A DNA stretch of 63,270 bases, the filler included, from Choristocarpus tenellus KU-1152 (Eukaryota > Protista > Phaeophyceae), in assembly GCA_964200185.2 (NCBI GenBank). It is 12 parts of 12 records of this genome, joined end to end, with 100 filler letters (N's around TTAATTAATTAA, not from the genome) between each part and the next. Parts side by side here need not be neighbours in the genome. Positions count along the whole stretch, not along the records: positions 36,384 to 43,351 come from CAXNAD020006946.1; positions 43,452 to 47,981 come from CAXNAD020014129.1; positions 48,082 to 59,712 come from CAXNAD020002216.1; 9 more parts are not named here. One strand, 5' to 3'. Each line of letters begins with the position of its first letter. The first letter of the stretch is position 1. The notes under the pieces are model-generated. The model searched no databases. It was not told where the DNA came from and worked only from the letters and a program-made list of their open reading frames with translations. Of the stretch, positions 37,139-50,745 are shown piece by piece. The position numbers were made by a program, and so were the translations under genes.

Positions 37139-39557
37139 CTGTCACGGTGGAGTACACAGCGCACCAACTCAAAGCACAAGCCATGCCATGTGCAGAAGGT
37201 GACTATGCAGTCTTCAAGAGAAAGGACATCCATACAACCCTCCCCAAGCTGCTTTTGTGGTGGATACAATATTGAGCCGATTCATTGAGTAAACTTGTGG
37301 TAGTGTAGCTCTCCAGTAATAGTGGCAGCTCGAGGTGGTCGGTCCAAGTACTAGCACAGTGCTGAGTCAAAGTAAGTGAGAGGTACTCAGAGTTGCATTT
37401 TGAGGATGTCGGCAAATTTATTCAAAATTCGACATTTTTTTACAAATGTGTATAGGACATTTTATAATTATATCGAAATGTTACAAACAATAGAGAATAA
37501 ACCCTCTCATGTCGAGCTTACCACTTCATCCATAGAAATATGGGTGAATTGCAAAAGGTTGAAAAACTGGCTTAAGATGCAAAACGGAACAGAAACTGGG
37601 TACCTCTCATTTACTTTGGCTCACTACTTTTGTACATGATATGTTGGTGGACGTGTTCTCTAGGTGTTGTTTTGGGGACGACCCTTCACCAGGTTGCTGA
37701 AGACAAGGTTGTTCAATCAACAGCTTAATTTATTGTAGTTTACTTTTCGGGTTGCTGGGTACGGTAAACTATTTTTCCTGCGCCGTTTTTTTGTACTGCT
37801 CAGCTTATCTTTCTCGGCATTTTTCGTCTCATTAATTTGTTTTCCTGGGACCTCTCTAGAATACAATAGTACGTACTAATGTTCTCTTGTTTCCTACCTG
37901 TCTTGAGAACTCGAGCATCCCTTGTAATTACAAAAACTTTGGACGAAATTTGGGTCTATGTACTACAATATACATGGTGTTATAGCGTTACAAAATACGG
38001 CTAATAGAAGTACACTAATAGGTTCTTCCCTGACACATCTGCAAAATGTCAGAGGGCACAATAAAATATAACGCGTACTAATGGTATGTACCCTGTATAT
38101 AGATAGGGCAGTTCCTGGCCCTTACCGGGAAAATTATAACCTGAAACTGCCTTACGCAGGATACTGAAGTCCTAAGACCGTCCTGAACCAGGTAAGGTGG
38201 TTGACCCCTTCTGGACACTGGCACATTATATGAGGACGGTTACTATTGTATAGTCCCGTCAATTCAGCAAGAGTTAAATTACCGAAGATGGGGAAATGGG
38301 AGATTTGGAGGGGGTAAGGAAAAGTTTACTTTCGTACGCAATGCAACAGCGACGTGGAGAGTGCAGAACTATTGTAGTAGAGTGACGGGTGAATATTTGA
38401 TATGAAGATATAAAATAGAACCATATGCCTTCATCCACTCCACTGTATATCTAATCGACTTGAACCAACGGTCGCACCTCCGATTTGTAGGGGTCTTAAA
38501 CCTACTCTATATGTGATTGATTTACAATAATGTGGTGTAATTTGGTTGGTGCTATTTTTGATATTGTTACAATAAGTCTGAAGTTGATACGGTGGAACAC
38601 CTATAGCAGTCAAACCTACATTGTAGAATAATTTTTTTGAAGAATCATATTTCAACATATATGAAGTATTATTGAGTAGAAAAGTGGTTCATAGAGGTAA
38701 GAAATATTGTATGAATGGAACAGTAAATGAGGTTGCTGACTGGGTCGGCTGGAGACGAACATTCAGTTATCTTTGATTCTGCCTTGACGCTGCTGACCTT
38801 GTTTTGGTTTCATATTCTTGGACAGCGCATACGTAGTTGTGTTATATAGGTCTCTTTCCACTGTTGGTTGTTCGACGAATTGCCTTGTCCTGAAGGATTT
38901 TGTTTGGTATGTGAGCGATATGTGTGTGGATCTCCTTGTTGCGTGGAGATACTATTAATGTGCACATGACACTGCCTTCCAGGGGGGATGTAGCCACAAT
39001 ATACTTTTTTGGCTCGTGATTAGCTTGGCGCAGTTCCATTGCGAACAATCTTTTTACGCGGTTGCTTTACCCTTGATGTGCACCCTTGGTATACTATCAA
39101 TAGGCAAAAAGTGGAACTTCGAGGAGAAAGTTGGCGCGAAAGTGTTGCATATTGCAACGTAGACAGTTTTGAGAGGTGTGGCGTCTATGCCATGACGAGA
39201 GTCCTGTGCTGTCGTACGCTTGTAAAGGGGCGCAATTGTTTGAGCTTGGTTGACGTTACACCAGTGTGTAGGAAGGGGGGGTTGGACAACAGTTGCCTTT
39301 GCAACAGTAGATTCAGTTATAGTAGCATGTAGTTCTTTGCTCTGGGAATAATGCAAACAATAATTTGTCCTGCACTGTCTTGTCTGTACACAAAAGTATG
39401 CAAAACTAATATCAGTTTGACAGGTGCAAGTGATTAAAATAATAGATATTTTCCACACACATTCTGTCAACTTCTTCACGCTCGTCTTCTTTCTACTTGC
39501 AAAAAAATTCAATCGGTACTACATGGTATGTATTTCATCGAGGTTTGTGTAGCTTTT

Positions 39558-39816
39558 GAGTGAAAGCATCATTGAGGGTACGATTTTTGCCCTGTTTGTC
39601 CATTTGGGGTTTGGCTTCCCACGGGTTTTTAATGACAGTTTACCTACTCTAAAATGTTTCGGAGTATGTAAAATGTATACGTTATGAAAAGTTGTGTCCG
39701 GAACAAGGATATTGACATCTCCTAACAAACACGATAGCCAAAACTATATCAGAATGGTAACATTGGATTTTGGTCGCCAAATGGATGCGGCTCTACCCTC
39801 TAAGATACTTTGGCTC
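39558..39816 (-). mobile_element. MITE-like family A, complete copy
   Basis: GAGTGAAAGCATCATTGAGGGTA ... TACCCTCTAAGATACTTTGGCTC, flanked by TTT on both sides. Confidence 0.8.
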
Positions 39817-41119
39817 TTTGTGTCCTTCTGTTACGACTAACGAGTTCTATCATAGCAGTGTATTACACTGGAATAGTCTCCTGCTTTTTTTCTTTGAATG
39901 GACAGTATTATTCCATTAAAAGCTCTCTACAGACAAGGTTCAACCTGCTGCACGATACTGAATTGAAACCCAACAATGTACACAAACAAAACCCAGAACA
40001 AACTACTACTGTGGCACCGTATTGGAAGATGGCCTATTATTCTGTGATCCATCTGTTAGGAACTCCCTTGCCCATTTATTTCCAATGATGCACTACCGAT
40101 ATCACGTGTTTAGTGCACATCTGGTGCCACATAGTAGTGGGAGTCTACTAACCTGAACACTCCTGAGCATTTCTCTTTCTCGTTTGTACAAATACAGGCA
40201 CGCGCCAATTTCCTATCTTTGGCAGGACACAACAATTTTGACAATAATGCGGGGGTGGTAAAGAGAGGGCAAAGTGCGACTAATCGGCTCATATCTGCTC
40301 CATACCTTGCTTGCTACTCGTGAGTATTTCAAAGTATCGGCTTAAAAACATGTATCCACGTGTGATGATTAATTACTTGTCTACTCCGTGAACTCTACCT
40401 ATACTTCTACTGGCTGCGTCACCTACTTTGCTCTCTCCTACTTCATATTCTCTACGCAGAAGGAGTAGTAGCAGTACACACTCCCCACAACATTCAGTTA
40501 TTTATCGCTTAGCTTATATTATTACTAGTAGGTAGAGTAGTAAAATAACCAGATCTCTACTATTTGCATACTATGTACCCAGGATTTAACAGGGAAAACA
40601 GTAGGCTAACTTCATAACGACGAGGACAATTGCTAGTAGTATCATGGTACGCGTCAAAAGTAACCTATTATTTTGCGACCACCATTTTTGAAAGACTGAT
40701 AAACTCTTCACCACATGCACTGTTATTGATATTACAATTTGTATTGTTACTGGTACTATCATGTAGAGTGTATGTAATTATTTTGCCCAATGAAATCTAA
40801 TATATGTTCTTGTGAACGAACAAGAGAAGCAACATGTAACACAACGAATAAAACCAACAAAATAATAGCAGCAACAACAGAGGCTGCGTTGCGTGTTCAA
40901 AACACCATAATTTTTTCGTACAATTCGTCTGAGGTAAATTGATACTTCCGTTCATAGCATAGCGGAATAGGAAAGATCGTTGCTGGCTGCCATTCTGTCT
41001 ACCCAGTGTTGTAGATAAATTTAGTTTCAGGAGGAGTATCTGCAACAAAGGAAGGCTAATTCTCATGTTGTGTATATGTTTTGTGTTCCTCGTCGTGTCA
41101 CAACAAACGGGAGGATTAG

Positions 41120-41900
41120 GCTCTTATGAAAGAGGGTTGGTAAAGGTCTCTACAACAAAGGAAACACATCTTTCGCAAACAACCCCCCCAGCATGTTACA
41201 AGAAAAAATATGTGTGTTACAGATAAGTTCAAGTATTGCCTACCTCAATTCACCAGGCTGCATTATATCCTAGTGACAAAAACATGCGTACCCCTGCTAT
41301 TAGTCGGTATCACATTAGATAGAACAACATTGGCCAAGAAACATCTTCTTTTCAAACAAGCAACGTTTCTCTTGGGCCATCATGTGCTATACAACAAAGC
41401 CGTCATTGCTATGCATCATTATCCAAGAGCAATTATAATGCCGTCTAACTCGATAAGGTAGGAAGACACAATAATACACTGAAGCACAAACATTAATAAC
41501 ATACAGTTCGTAGAAAGATTTGCACCAAGAAACCCTGGGAATCCTGTCAAGAACCTTCATTATCCCATCACTAATTGCTAAATAGATAGTGGTGATAGAA
41601 AATTACTAGCCTGAGACTAGTATAAAGAGGGTATTTGTTAATGGCCGAAAGGGCGCAAATACACATGGCACGCCAACAAGACAAATGCACGTCTCCTAAA
41701 CATAGCAAACAAAACAAAAAGGAAGCTCAAGGCAGCTCACCAGATACAACATTTCACAATTTGACCTTGATCAAAACTCCCTCAACAGGGATGGTCAGTC
41801 ATATGGCTAGAACCCATCACGACTGAACACATTTGACTCCTTCAAAATGAGGCTGAAAGAGCATATATGCTAACGTATCCCCGTGCCTGCATTTATTATT
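41120..41900 (+). mobile_element. Possible highly decayed Copia pol relic
   Basis: Faint, frameshifted motifs in Copia order (LAKKHLL; DLHQETLG; TFH..LIKTPSTG; LQNEAER, resembling QQNGVAER). Confidence 0.3.
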
Positions 41901-43294
41901 TGAGTATGGCACAAGCTATTCTTAAAAAAAATGGGAAGATCAATTAACTTTGGGGATCCTGTAAAGAAATCATGTCTCTCATGAAATTAACGACTTTTGT
42001 ACAGTACAGCAATTGCCAGCAAATTTAAAGCAACAAGATAAAAGAACAAGGTAGGGACTACACGAATGACTCTGGAGCCACAAGTGAAAACCGCCACCTT
42101 CCAGCCCTGATGATTCCCCCCAAGAAGAATGGGGTAACAACTTGGGACCTCGTTTTGTTAGTATCTCCCCAAAGCAAATACACAAGAAGAATCAGAGCAA
42201 GAATAGAAAGTACACAAAATAAAGAATAATACGAGGCAAGAAAACGGCACCAATGCACTTGTCTGAAGGCCCTCGCCTCGTAATCTATGCCCTTCTGAAC
42301 CCAGTAAAGTCCCCCTCATCAGGATTTGGGATTTGCCCAATACGGTGAGGGTGAGACTATTCACTTCTTGTAGCCAAGTTATGTGGTTTCAATGCTTCCG
42401 TATCTAGAAGTGACGTGGTTTTTGTGACATGTCACCTTGAACTAGTGTTCTCACCTTGACCTTTTTCTGTTCTTCCCAGTCCCCGTTGGTGAAGCATACT
42501 CTCCCGTACGGTGTTTTGAAGTCAAATGCATGTTTTGTGTACAATGAAGGCTTGTGGCCTTACTCCTAACACTTCCGAATAGGAATACCTAGAGGGAAGA
42601 GGCAAAGCGTGAGCTAGAGAGCACATGTAGTAGCTAGTTTTGGATATGCCCATGCACTTGTTAGAGGGGAGGATAACGATATCTCCCCTTTGCTCTGTGC
42701 ATGTATGTGTAAGCGCGCGCGTTGTTTTTTCATGTTCTTTGACTAGTTTGGTGAGAAGTTCTGAGCCGATGGTTTCGGGTGCTACCCACAATGATTCGCA
42801 GTTTCGATGTATATTTGTTTACATTTTACCTTTCACTATGTCACGGAAGAGTTTGCCAATATCGTGTACAGTTCATGTCCTCCCTCCTTTAGGAGACATC
42901 ATAGAAGAAGAATACTTTCATGTGTTTCAATCGAAAATCTGGTCGTCAATAGTGAGTGTGCTGTTTGTCTTGTGCGTTCTTTTTGCTGGCCTCACTGGTG
43001 TGCCGTGATCATTGGAACACTTTGTGCTAAAATTTTCGTTTTCCACCACATATATACGGGGCCCTCATTCTGTACATTACAGATTTTTTCCTTGGTGCGT
43101 CTGGATAATTTTTTGTCTTCAGTCCCACTCTATTAATATTAATATCGAGGACATTTTGTGAAGGCATTTCGCCCCCACTTCCTAATTCTTCTTCCTTTCC
43201 AATCTCCGTCTGTTACACAAACCTTGTCAGCCTCTTTTCCTTTTTTTTCGCCCTTCAATGGATTCGCCTAAAAAAATCTGTTTTAAAGAGCTAT

Positions 43295-43351
43295 GGCTCA
43301 AAGTATCTGGGAGGGGGTGGTGGCTGTCCATTTGGGGTCAATTTTTTCATG
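43295..43351 (+). mobile_element. MITE-like family B, truncated at the contig end
   Basis: GGCTCAAAGTATCTGGGAGGGGGTGGTGGCTGTCCATTTGGGGTCAATTTT. Confidence 0.85.
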
Positions 43352-44599
43352 NNNNNNNNNNNNNNNNNNNNNNNNNNNNNNNNNNNNNNNNNNNNTTAAT
43401 TAATTAANNNNNNNNNNNNNNNNNNNNNNNNNNNNNNNNNNNNNNNNNNNNGGTGGGAAACCTCCCCCTGAATGCCCCAGTGGATGCAGCGAAATATCAT
43501 GGTGGAATGGAGTTTTGGAGGGTTTCAGGGGCAGAATCATAGATAGGCATAGACTGCCCCATTTTGGTTGAGATTTTGGTGGCAACTTTTTAGTGTCTGT
43601 ATACTGAACCCCACAAAATACAAACATGTGAAAAAAATTATTGCTTCTTCATTGGGGCTACAAAATTTTATTATTTATAATACATTTAATTCCAAAAAGA
43701 GGAAGTACTACCAGTATGGATATGTCTGATAGAGGTGTTGTGTCATTTTTCTATATTTGAAGTGGAAGCTTTTGGCAGTTACATCGTAGTTATGTCGGAT
43801 GGTGGATGTAATGTCTTGTCAACAAGAATCTGTAAACAAGTCACTGTTGAACTTGAAACAGTTAAATCCTGGAGACCAGTTCAACATGGATGCATACCCT
43901 CCAGCTTTTCTTCTTCGAAAATGTGATGAGCGATTTCCAAGATCAAAAATCTGATTGTTTCAACCATGTGAAAATGTTTTGTATTTGTAGAGGTAAAACT
44001 ATCACAACTAGGATCTTTAATTTTAAGATCAGTCTTTACATTACTGGGAAATAGCTTAATATCAATGTATGTTCATGTTGATGTACTCCCAAGATCCACC
44101 CCTTTTTGGTCATATGCCAAGACAATAATATAGATTGATTGCAGGAGAGTAGTGAAGACAATTTAGATTGGTTGTAGGAGAGGAGTGATTAGAAAAAACA
44201 GAAAATGTGTCAAGAGAATGAATCTGTATGAATCTGTATACAGAACCTTCCATTTTGAGTTCAAGATCGACCAGGGGTGTATTGGAGAACTGATGATGCA
44301 AAAAAACTTTCCAATGTTTGATTTTGTCTTCAGGATTCTAGCATTATTGCTTGAGGGAATACTACTATTGTCACTTGAGGGAATACTACCATTGTCACTT
44401 GAGGGAATACCCTAATACTTTAACGTATGTACTAGAACCATACAAATTGCAAGGCAGTAGGTTGTTATTAGACACTCTAAAGATCACTCTGGTCACAATT
44501 ATATGGCTACAGTACATGCTGGTACAATCAGATCACTGACCAATGTACAAATAAACTTAGCATCACAGAACCTTGTTCAACTTTTTGGATTGGCAGCAA

Positions 44600-45000
44600 C
44601 AGGACACTACCCCTTTTTCACACCCCACTCAAGTTGAACACCATTCTGTAGGTTCATCTCTGTTTTCAACAAACTCCAAGCCACTACTTAACATCTGTAA
44701 CAAAGCTGATTGATCCTGCTCACCCCACCAAAAAGTATAAAAATGTTTGTACAGTCAAGATTAAAATTGTTTGGAGTAGTCTCAACATTTGTGCAATATA
44801 TCAAGAGCATCAAACCAGAGAGGGTAAGGGAAAGCTGCTCACCTGTGGAACATGTGCCACATGAAAATATATACTGTGAAGTACATAGTATCATCTACAA
44901 AGGCATGATATGTGCATTGATGTAGTCTAGTGCATGATGTATCCATTCATAAGCAGTAATCAGTCTCCAACACAACCTGCAGAATAAATATGGTATAAAC
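44600..45000 (-). mobile_element. Decayed non-LTR (LINE) reverse-transcriptase relic
   Basis: The minus strand gives PYLFC...EWIH and then, after a frameshift, HAFVDDTMYF near 44880-44910, resembling RT motifs B' and C (xADD). Confidence 0.4.
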
Positions 45001-46167
45001 CAAAAGTTTGAATGCACTCAAAATTCTAGCTAGAATTGAGTTTGACTCATTGTACTACAACTCCAAACCATAATATATACTTTAAACCCCAATACACTAT
45101 CCTTGTTTCAACAAATAAACCAAGGTCACAAACTCTACTAAAACTTACACTTCTAACCTTTTTACTTAATACCACAAAATTTAAACCTATTACTTTAAAC
45201 TCCTCATACGTACAAGCAATTGCTTGGTTGAGCTCCACATATCATAGCCACATTCTTTAATATGATCACCTTTCATAAACTCTCCCAAGATCCTTGAGTA
45301 TCATCCACTCAACTGTGTTTTTTGTGAGCCAGATTGAGTGATGTGCATGACTGTGTAGTAGGTAGTATATACTACAAATATATTATGTAGCAGTATTATT
45401 CAATTGTTTCCTACTGATAGCATAGGAGTAGTGCAGCAGGTGATGAGTGTGTTTGAGTCCAGGTGCACAGGAGACAATTCCAGATTACTTCTCCTGTTGG
45501 GGTTAGTTGCAGTAATTATGTCCCTCAGTACTTTTGCTATCAACTACAGATTAACAGGACTACCAAGCTACTTGTAAAATGAGATATTATGTTACTTGAG
45601 TGTTACAAGGGTTCAGGAGCACGAGCAAGTGAATTCTGGGATATGAAGACAACAAGACAAAAGAGATAGGGAGGAGGCAAGCAAGAAAGTAGGGATTGCA
45701 ACAATATCAGCCCACACACAAGGTGAGGAAGGGAGTAGACCAATCATTTTACACTCAAGAGACTTCTCTTTTTGCGTGCTAGTGTGGGTGTCATTCAATC
45801 CTATCCTTGCCATTTACTGCTCCCATACTGATTTTCAGAGACAACAATTGCCACTCTGTCATAAACATACACTCTTTTTCCTTACTGACAAGGATTGACA
45901 AGGATTGGACACTTTATGTCAAAATATCTACTTTCCACAATTGAACCAGCATCAAAACTTGCAGGTGATGTGACAAGCATGTTTGTGTCACTGTGTGTAT
46001 GTAACACTGATTGCAATCTATGTAAGCACAGCAAACTCTCACCATCACACCACTTTCTACAGGATCATGCAGACATTTCCCACAACCTTGCAAATTTGGC
46101 AGCAAACGTTATCCTCTACACATTGGGGTACCCAAGATTCTCCAAATGACTCTTGCCAGAGGCCTTA

Positions 46168-46257
46168 TCAACGGATACTTTCAAGGGCCTGTGCTGCAAA
46201 GTATTTGACATCATCGTCTGGGTCAGACTGCATCAGCTCGGTGAGACAAGGGCGTAC
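46168..46257 (-). CDS. PPP2R1A: PP2A 65-kDa scaffold (A) subunit, terminal exon
   Basis: CAG|VRPCLTELMQSDPDDDVKYFAAQALESIR-stop. The DxDVKYFA motif is the last HEAT repeat. Confidence 0.92.
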   Translation of the reverse strand, partial: VRPCLTELMQSDPDDDVKYFAAQALESIR

Positions 46258-47485
46258 CTGAAGGAGCAGTCAAAATACGCACTTATTAGATATACAGCAG
46301 TCAAAATACACACATTAGATACACACAGTAACTCATCAAAAATACAAGACAGACCTCCAGGAGAAAATATGAGCATACTAAATTTGTTGCATATCCAAAT
46401 CTTACCATTTAAACATATTTTTCTTGTCTTGTCAAGTATGGTGTCATCCATGTGATACAAAAAGGTGTGTATGGAGAATGTTACTGTTGCTCTTCACACC
46501 TGTTGACCTATTCAACACAAAGCATCTAACTGTTTCTTGCCTGTTTTCCAAGAACTCCTTGCTTATAGGGGCTATCTGGCTTACTAGCTTTGTGCATGTT
46601 CAAAACTCAGTGACTGAAACTTGCGGGTGTATTAGTTTCGCGTTAGGCTTACAAGGTATAAGGTACAAGGTATAAGGTATAAGGTACAAGGTACAAGGTA
46701 CAAGGTGAATCTTTGTCCTTGAAACGAATCTGTGTTGCATGGAGGGCTCCTCATCAAACATCAAACATCAAACATATTACATCAAACAAAGAATACAAAG
46801 AACAAAATGGAAGGATGCTGGTCTAAAAATGTCTAGGTTCCTACTTGTTCCTATATGGTCTAAGAAAATCTAATTTGTGCTGCAGTAAGGTAGTTTGGTA
46901 GGTTGCATCTTTATCCTTCTAGTCAAATTGACACATTTTGGAAACATGATTTTTTTAAACTACTTTTATGTTTAAAAAACATTGGGTTATTTGAGTCTGC
47001 CAACTTCATTACATCTCCTAAAACTTACAAATGGGTATAGTACAGTAGTTGTCTAAAGTAGATATAATATAGGAAAATGGTGTTTTCACAGATGATTCTG
47101 TCGCTACATAAACTATTCACCACATTCAGATTCAGATTCAGATTCAGATTCAGACTCACTTTCAACGAAGAACAAAATTCATATCACACTTAGAATGGTT
47201 TATCACACTTGGAACAGTTTCAATCATTCTTACTTTGGTGTCCTGATTGATCTTGATCTTGGTTAAGAACTCCAATTTGGGGCAAACAGCATGAACATAC
47301 CTTCATCAATTGCAACTAGATTGTAGTCATGCCTACAGAACCTTGTACATCATAGGATGTTCTTGTACAAGAGTAGAGTGTACCCAAGGTCACAATCAAC
47401 ACAATCAACACAAGAATGGTTCCTCATAATTTTTAGACGTTAGACTAGAAATACAGTGCATAAGGTGGATGACAGCTGCACAAAC

Positions 47486-47632
47486 CTGGGATTCCACAGC
47501 CCCTGCATCAAGATGTGGTGCCATTTCTTGTAGAGCACGTACAGCAGTAAAGCGAACATTTGGAATACCATCATGAGCGCCACGAAGCATCAATGCAAGC
47601 ACATCCGCAATTAGGACACTTGCAGCACTTGA
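47486..47632 (-). CDS. PPP2R1A: PP2A scaffold (A) subunit, penultimate exon
   Basis: CAG|SSAASVLIADVLALMLRGAHDGIPNVRFTAVRALQEMAPHLDAGAVESQ|GT. It carries the HEAT motif D.IPNVRF and is 147 bp in phase 0-0. Confidence 0.9.
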
Positions 47633-47660
47633 CTGTGTTTCACAGTGAACGGCATGCATT

Positions 47661-47981
47661 GGACATAAATTGATAGAGAAGGATGCATTTAGGACATAAA
47701 TTGATAGAGAAGGATGCATTTAGGACATACATTGATAGAGAAGGATGCATTTAGGACATACATTGATAGAGAAGGATGCATTTAGGACATAAATTGATAG
47801 AGAAGGATGCATTTAGGACATACATTGATAGAGAAGGATGCATTTAGGACATACATTGATAGAGAAGGATGCATTTAGGACATAAATTGATAGAGAAGGA
47901 TGCATTTAGGACATACATTGATAGAGAAGGATGCATTTAGGACATACATTGATAGAGAAGGATGCATTTAGGACATAAATT
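47661..47981. repeat. 31-bp intronic minisatellite, more than 10 copies, running into the gap
   Basis: Unit GGACATA(A/C)ATTGATAGAGAAGGATGCATTTA. Confidence 0.97.
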
Positions 47982-48405
47982 NNNNNNNNNNNNNNNNNNN
48001 NNNNNNNNNNNNNNNNNNNNNNNNNTTAATTAATTAANNNNNNNNNNNNNNNNNNNNNNNNNNNNNNNNNNNNNNNNNNNNGAGTGAGTTCCCAGCTCAC
48101 CACGATAAATTAATCGCTTCGACGATTGATTTCCCAGCTCACCACAATTAATCAGTTGCTTCGACGATTGATACCCAGCTAACCCTAACCCTATTTAGTA
48201 CAAAACCGATATTGTACCACATCAATTCTGTGCCGCTTTTTTCGGGCATGCCCATGGGTGCACAAAATCGGGGTACCCACTGTAGTTGAAAAATATATGT
48301 CATATATATCTATATTTTATGTGTTGGGTGTGATGTACAAAGGTGAAAGTAATGTTTGAGGTGTAGATAATCAAGAAAATATTGAACTTGTTTCAAACAC
48401 TGATT

Positions 48406-50745
48406 ATGAGAGGGATCCCTGGTCTCGATTTGGATTAAAGTGAAGTGGTCCTTATTGTTTCTCAGGTAGGTGCTGGTCTCTCTCTGTTCGGGTCTCTGTC
48501 CGTGCTACTTTGTGTAGCTCGTTTCGAACGACTCAGGAAGCTCAGCTTTAGGCCCGTGGCGTGGCTTGCGGTAGCAGATGTTGGGTCGGGCGTTTTCTAT
48601 TTTATGGGCAATCCCTCTACCAGATCAAATACTTGTACGGTTCAGGGGACACTGCTACAGTTTTCCAGGTGAGGCCTTGCTGGGAAGACGATGTATGTCG
48701 TGCACAATCTCTTCAGTGGTACAAATACAGTGTATTTGATAGTTTGGGTGAGGCATGGATGTTAAGTCCCACAAGAGCGCCTGGGAACAGTTTCAGTACT
48801 TATGTTGTGATCAACTTTGGCGAGCTCGGGAACGATATATTGCCTTTATGAATCACACCTTGTATCCCTTACCTACCACCCACCCCCCGACAATCTCCTT
48901 TCCAGGTAGCCGAAATTTTGTGGACGGTGACAATTGCCTATGTCCTTCACGAGGTCAATACCAAGCTACGCATGTATCACCCTCGAGAATAAGTCATTTT
49001 GACGTGGAAATTTCACGTGTTGGTTTAAGGTGTAGCTGCAGTAGGGATGCTTTTGCCGTTCACGACAAGCAGCTATGGAACAACTGGGGCTTGGTGCTGG
49101 ATTGCAGCCACCGCAACAGAAGTTTTGATGCTGGGACATTGTGGCGTTACGGTGCCTTCTATTTCCTCTCTGACTCGGTGAGCACATTGTATGCATGTTA
49201 CTGACTTGCAGGATTTTGTCTGCTATCACTATATGTAGATCTCGTGTCCCCATCAAGCACATCCTCCCCACACTTGCTCCCCCCTAAAGTGAAATTGGTG
49301 AAGGCACTCAATGCGTTGATTTTCTCTTGTGCCTACCATTCCTCTCTTAAATTACAATTCAGGCTCAATATTTTTTCGAAACCCACCACACCACAAATTT
49401 CTTTGCCTCAGTGATCATTTACATCAAGTTGTATATGAGGATAGCCCGGGTTCTTCAAAGGTACGACATGATTGCGGTTAGTATTGTAGTGACAGCGTCA
49501 CATTGGTATTCCCATATGGAAAGAGAAATGCATATATCTATACTTTTTTTAGTTTATCAATGTGTATGGTGTAACACTGAGATTTTTCTCTCCACTCTCT
49601 CAAAGGTAGTGTGATGAGGAGTGGAGAGAGATAGAGAAAGAGAGCTGTGCATGGTGTAAAAAAAAATATTATTGTCAGTGCAATTACTGGTCTGCACTGT
49701 GCTGTGCTGTTTGTGTGGAGTTTGAACCATATTTTCCTGATTCTTTCAGTGATGACTTTTAGAGTCCACAACACAGGCATGCCAGTTTTTGGATGAATTG
49801 TGGATGTATTGTCGTCGACTCATGTCCTCCTTCTCAATAACAGTTGATGCTGCGTATCCCTGTATCCAGGTTCTCTGCTGAAATTGATGTGGGAAGAGGA
49901 AGCAAACAAGAATTGTCTATTTCGCTATCACAGGAGCAACAGGATCGCATGCGCAAGTTTGGGAAGCGGCTGTTCTGGTACCTAGCTGTCATGATTTTCT
50001 GTTGGACATTTCCCACAATCAATCGCATACAAAATACTGTGGACCCCAACAATCCAATCTTCACCTTGCTTCTTCTGTAGGTAATTCACGAATGACTTCC
50101 ACATGGTGAAGACCTTTAGTGCACTCGGCATGAAGGTGCAGAAATGAGTATTCTGAAGTGGTAATGTTCTGAACTCTGTAAAATATCGCAATATTTCTTT
50201 TTTTCTCCTAGTTATGTAACTATGCATCAGTGTTATGCAGTCAACAATACCTGCTAAGGGATTTTCTCTCAATCTGTTTACAGTCTGGTACCCCTAAATC
50301 TGTGGAATGGTCATTGGCAATGCCACTTATTGATTGTTTCTTTGGACACCTTCTGGTATGTGCCAGATTGCCATGAGTTATGTAAACCACAGATTCTTCT
50401 GAAAGCTACAGCTCTGCTTCGATTGATATTTCCTGTGGTATGTGGATACAATCAAATCATCTTCTAGCAGTCGCCCATTATGGTTGAAGCCCCTAATAGT
50501 TATGTGACATAACTGATGCCTTCCTGCAAATGGAACTTCCACCCAAGGCAAGCACAGGAGGTCTTCAAGGTTTCCTCAATGCAATTGTTTATGGTCTGAC
50601 AGATAAGGTTCAAGAAGCTCTCATGGAAATTGACTGCATGAGGAAGTGCATGCAGAGACATGGAGTACCTTGTGGATCAGATTCAGTCACCATATATCCC
50701 GAGGATGAGGTAGAAGATGAGGTGGAAGTCAACCAAGCAAGGTGA
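48406..50745 (+). pseudogene. Unprocessed pseudogene of a cAMP-receptor-like (CAR/GCR1-type) 7TM GPCR
   Basis: Exons at 48406-48668, 48906-49177, 49412-49460, 49870-50080 and 50548-50745 with GT-AG ends. Motifs LSLFGS, CTVQG, YGTTGAWCWI, FCWTFPTINRI and LQGFLNAIVYG are present. Stops lie at 48436, 48990, 49026, 49171 and 50078, with frameshifts near 48665 and 49120-49165. Confidence 0.88.

Noticed and set aside
48406-50745. Stop-codon reassignment (TAA/TAG = Gln) to explain in-frame stops
   Set aside because: One TAA sits at a conserved Trp, frameshifts accompany the stops, and the intact conserved exons (IFT144, PP2A-A, thioredoxin) have no internal TAA/TAG.
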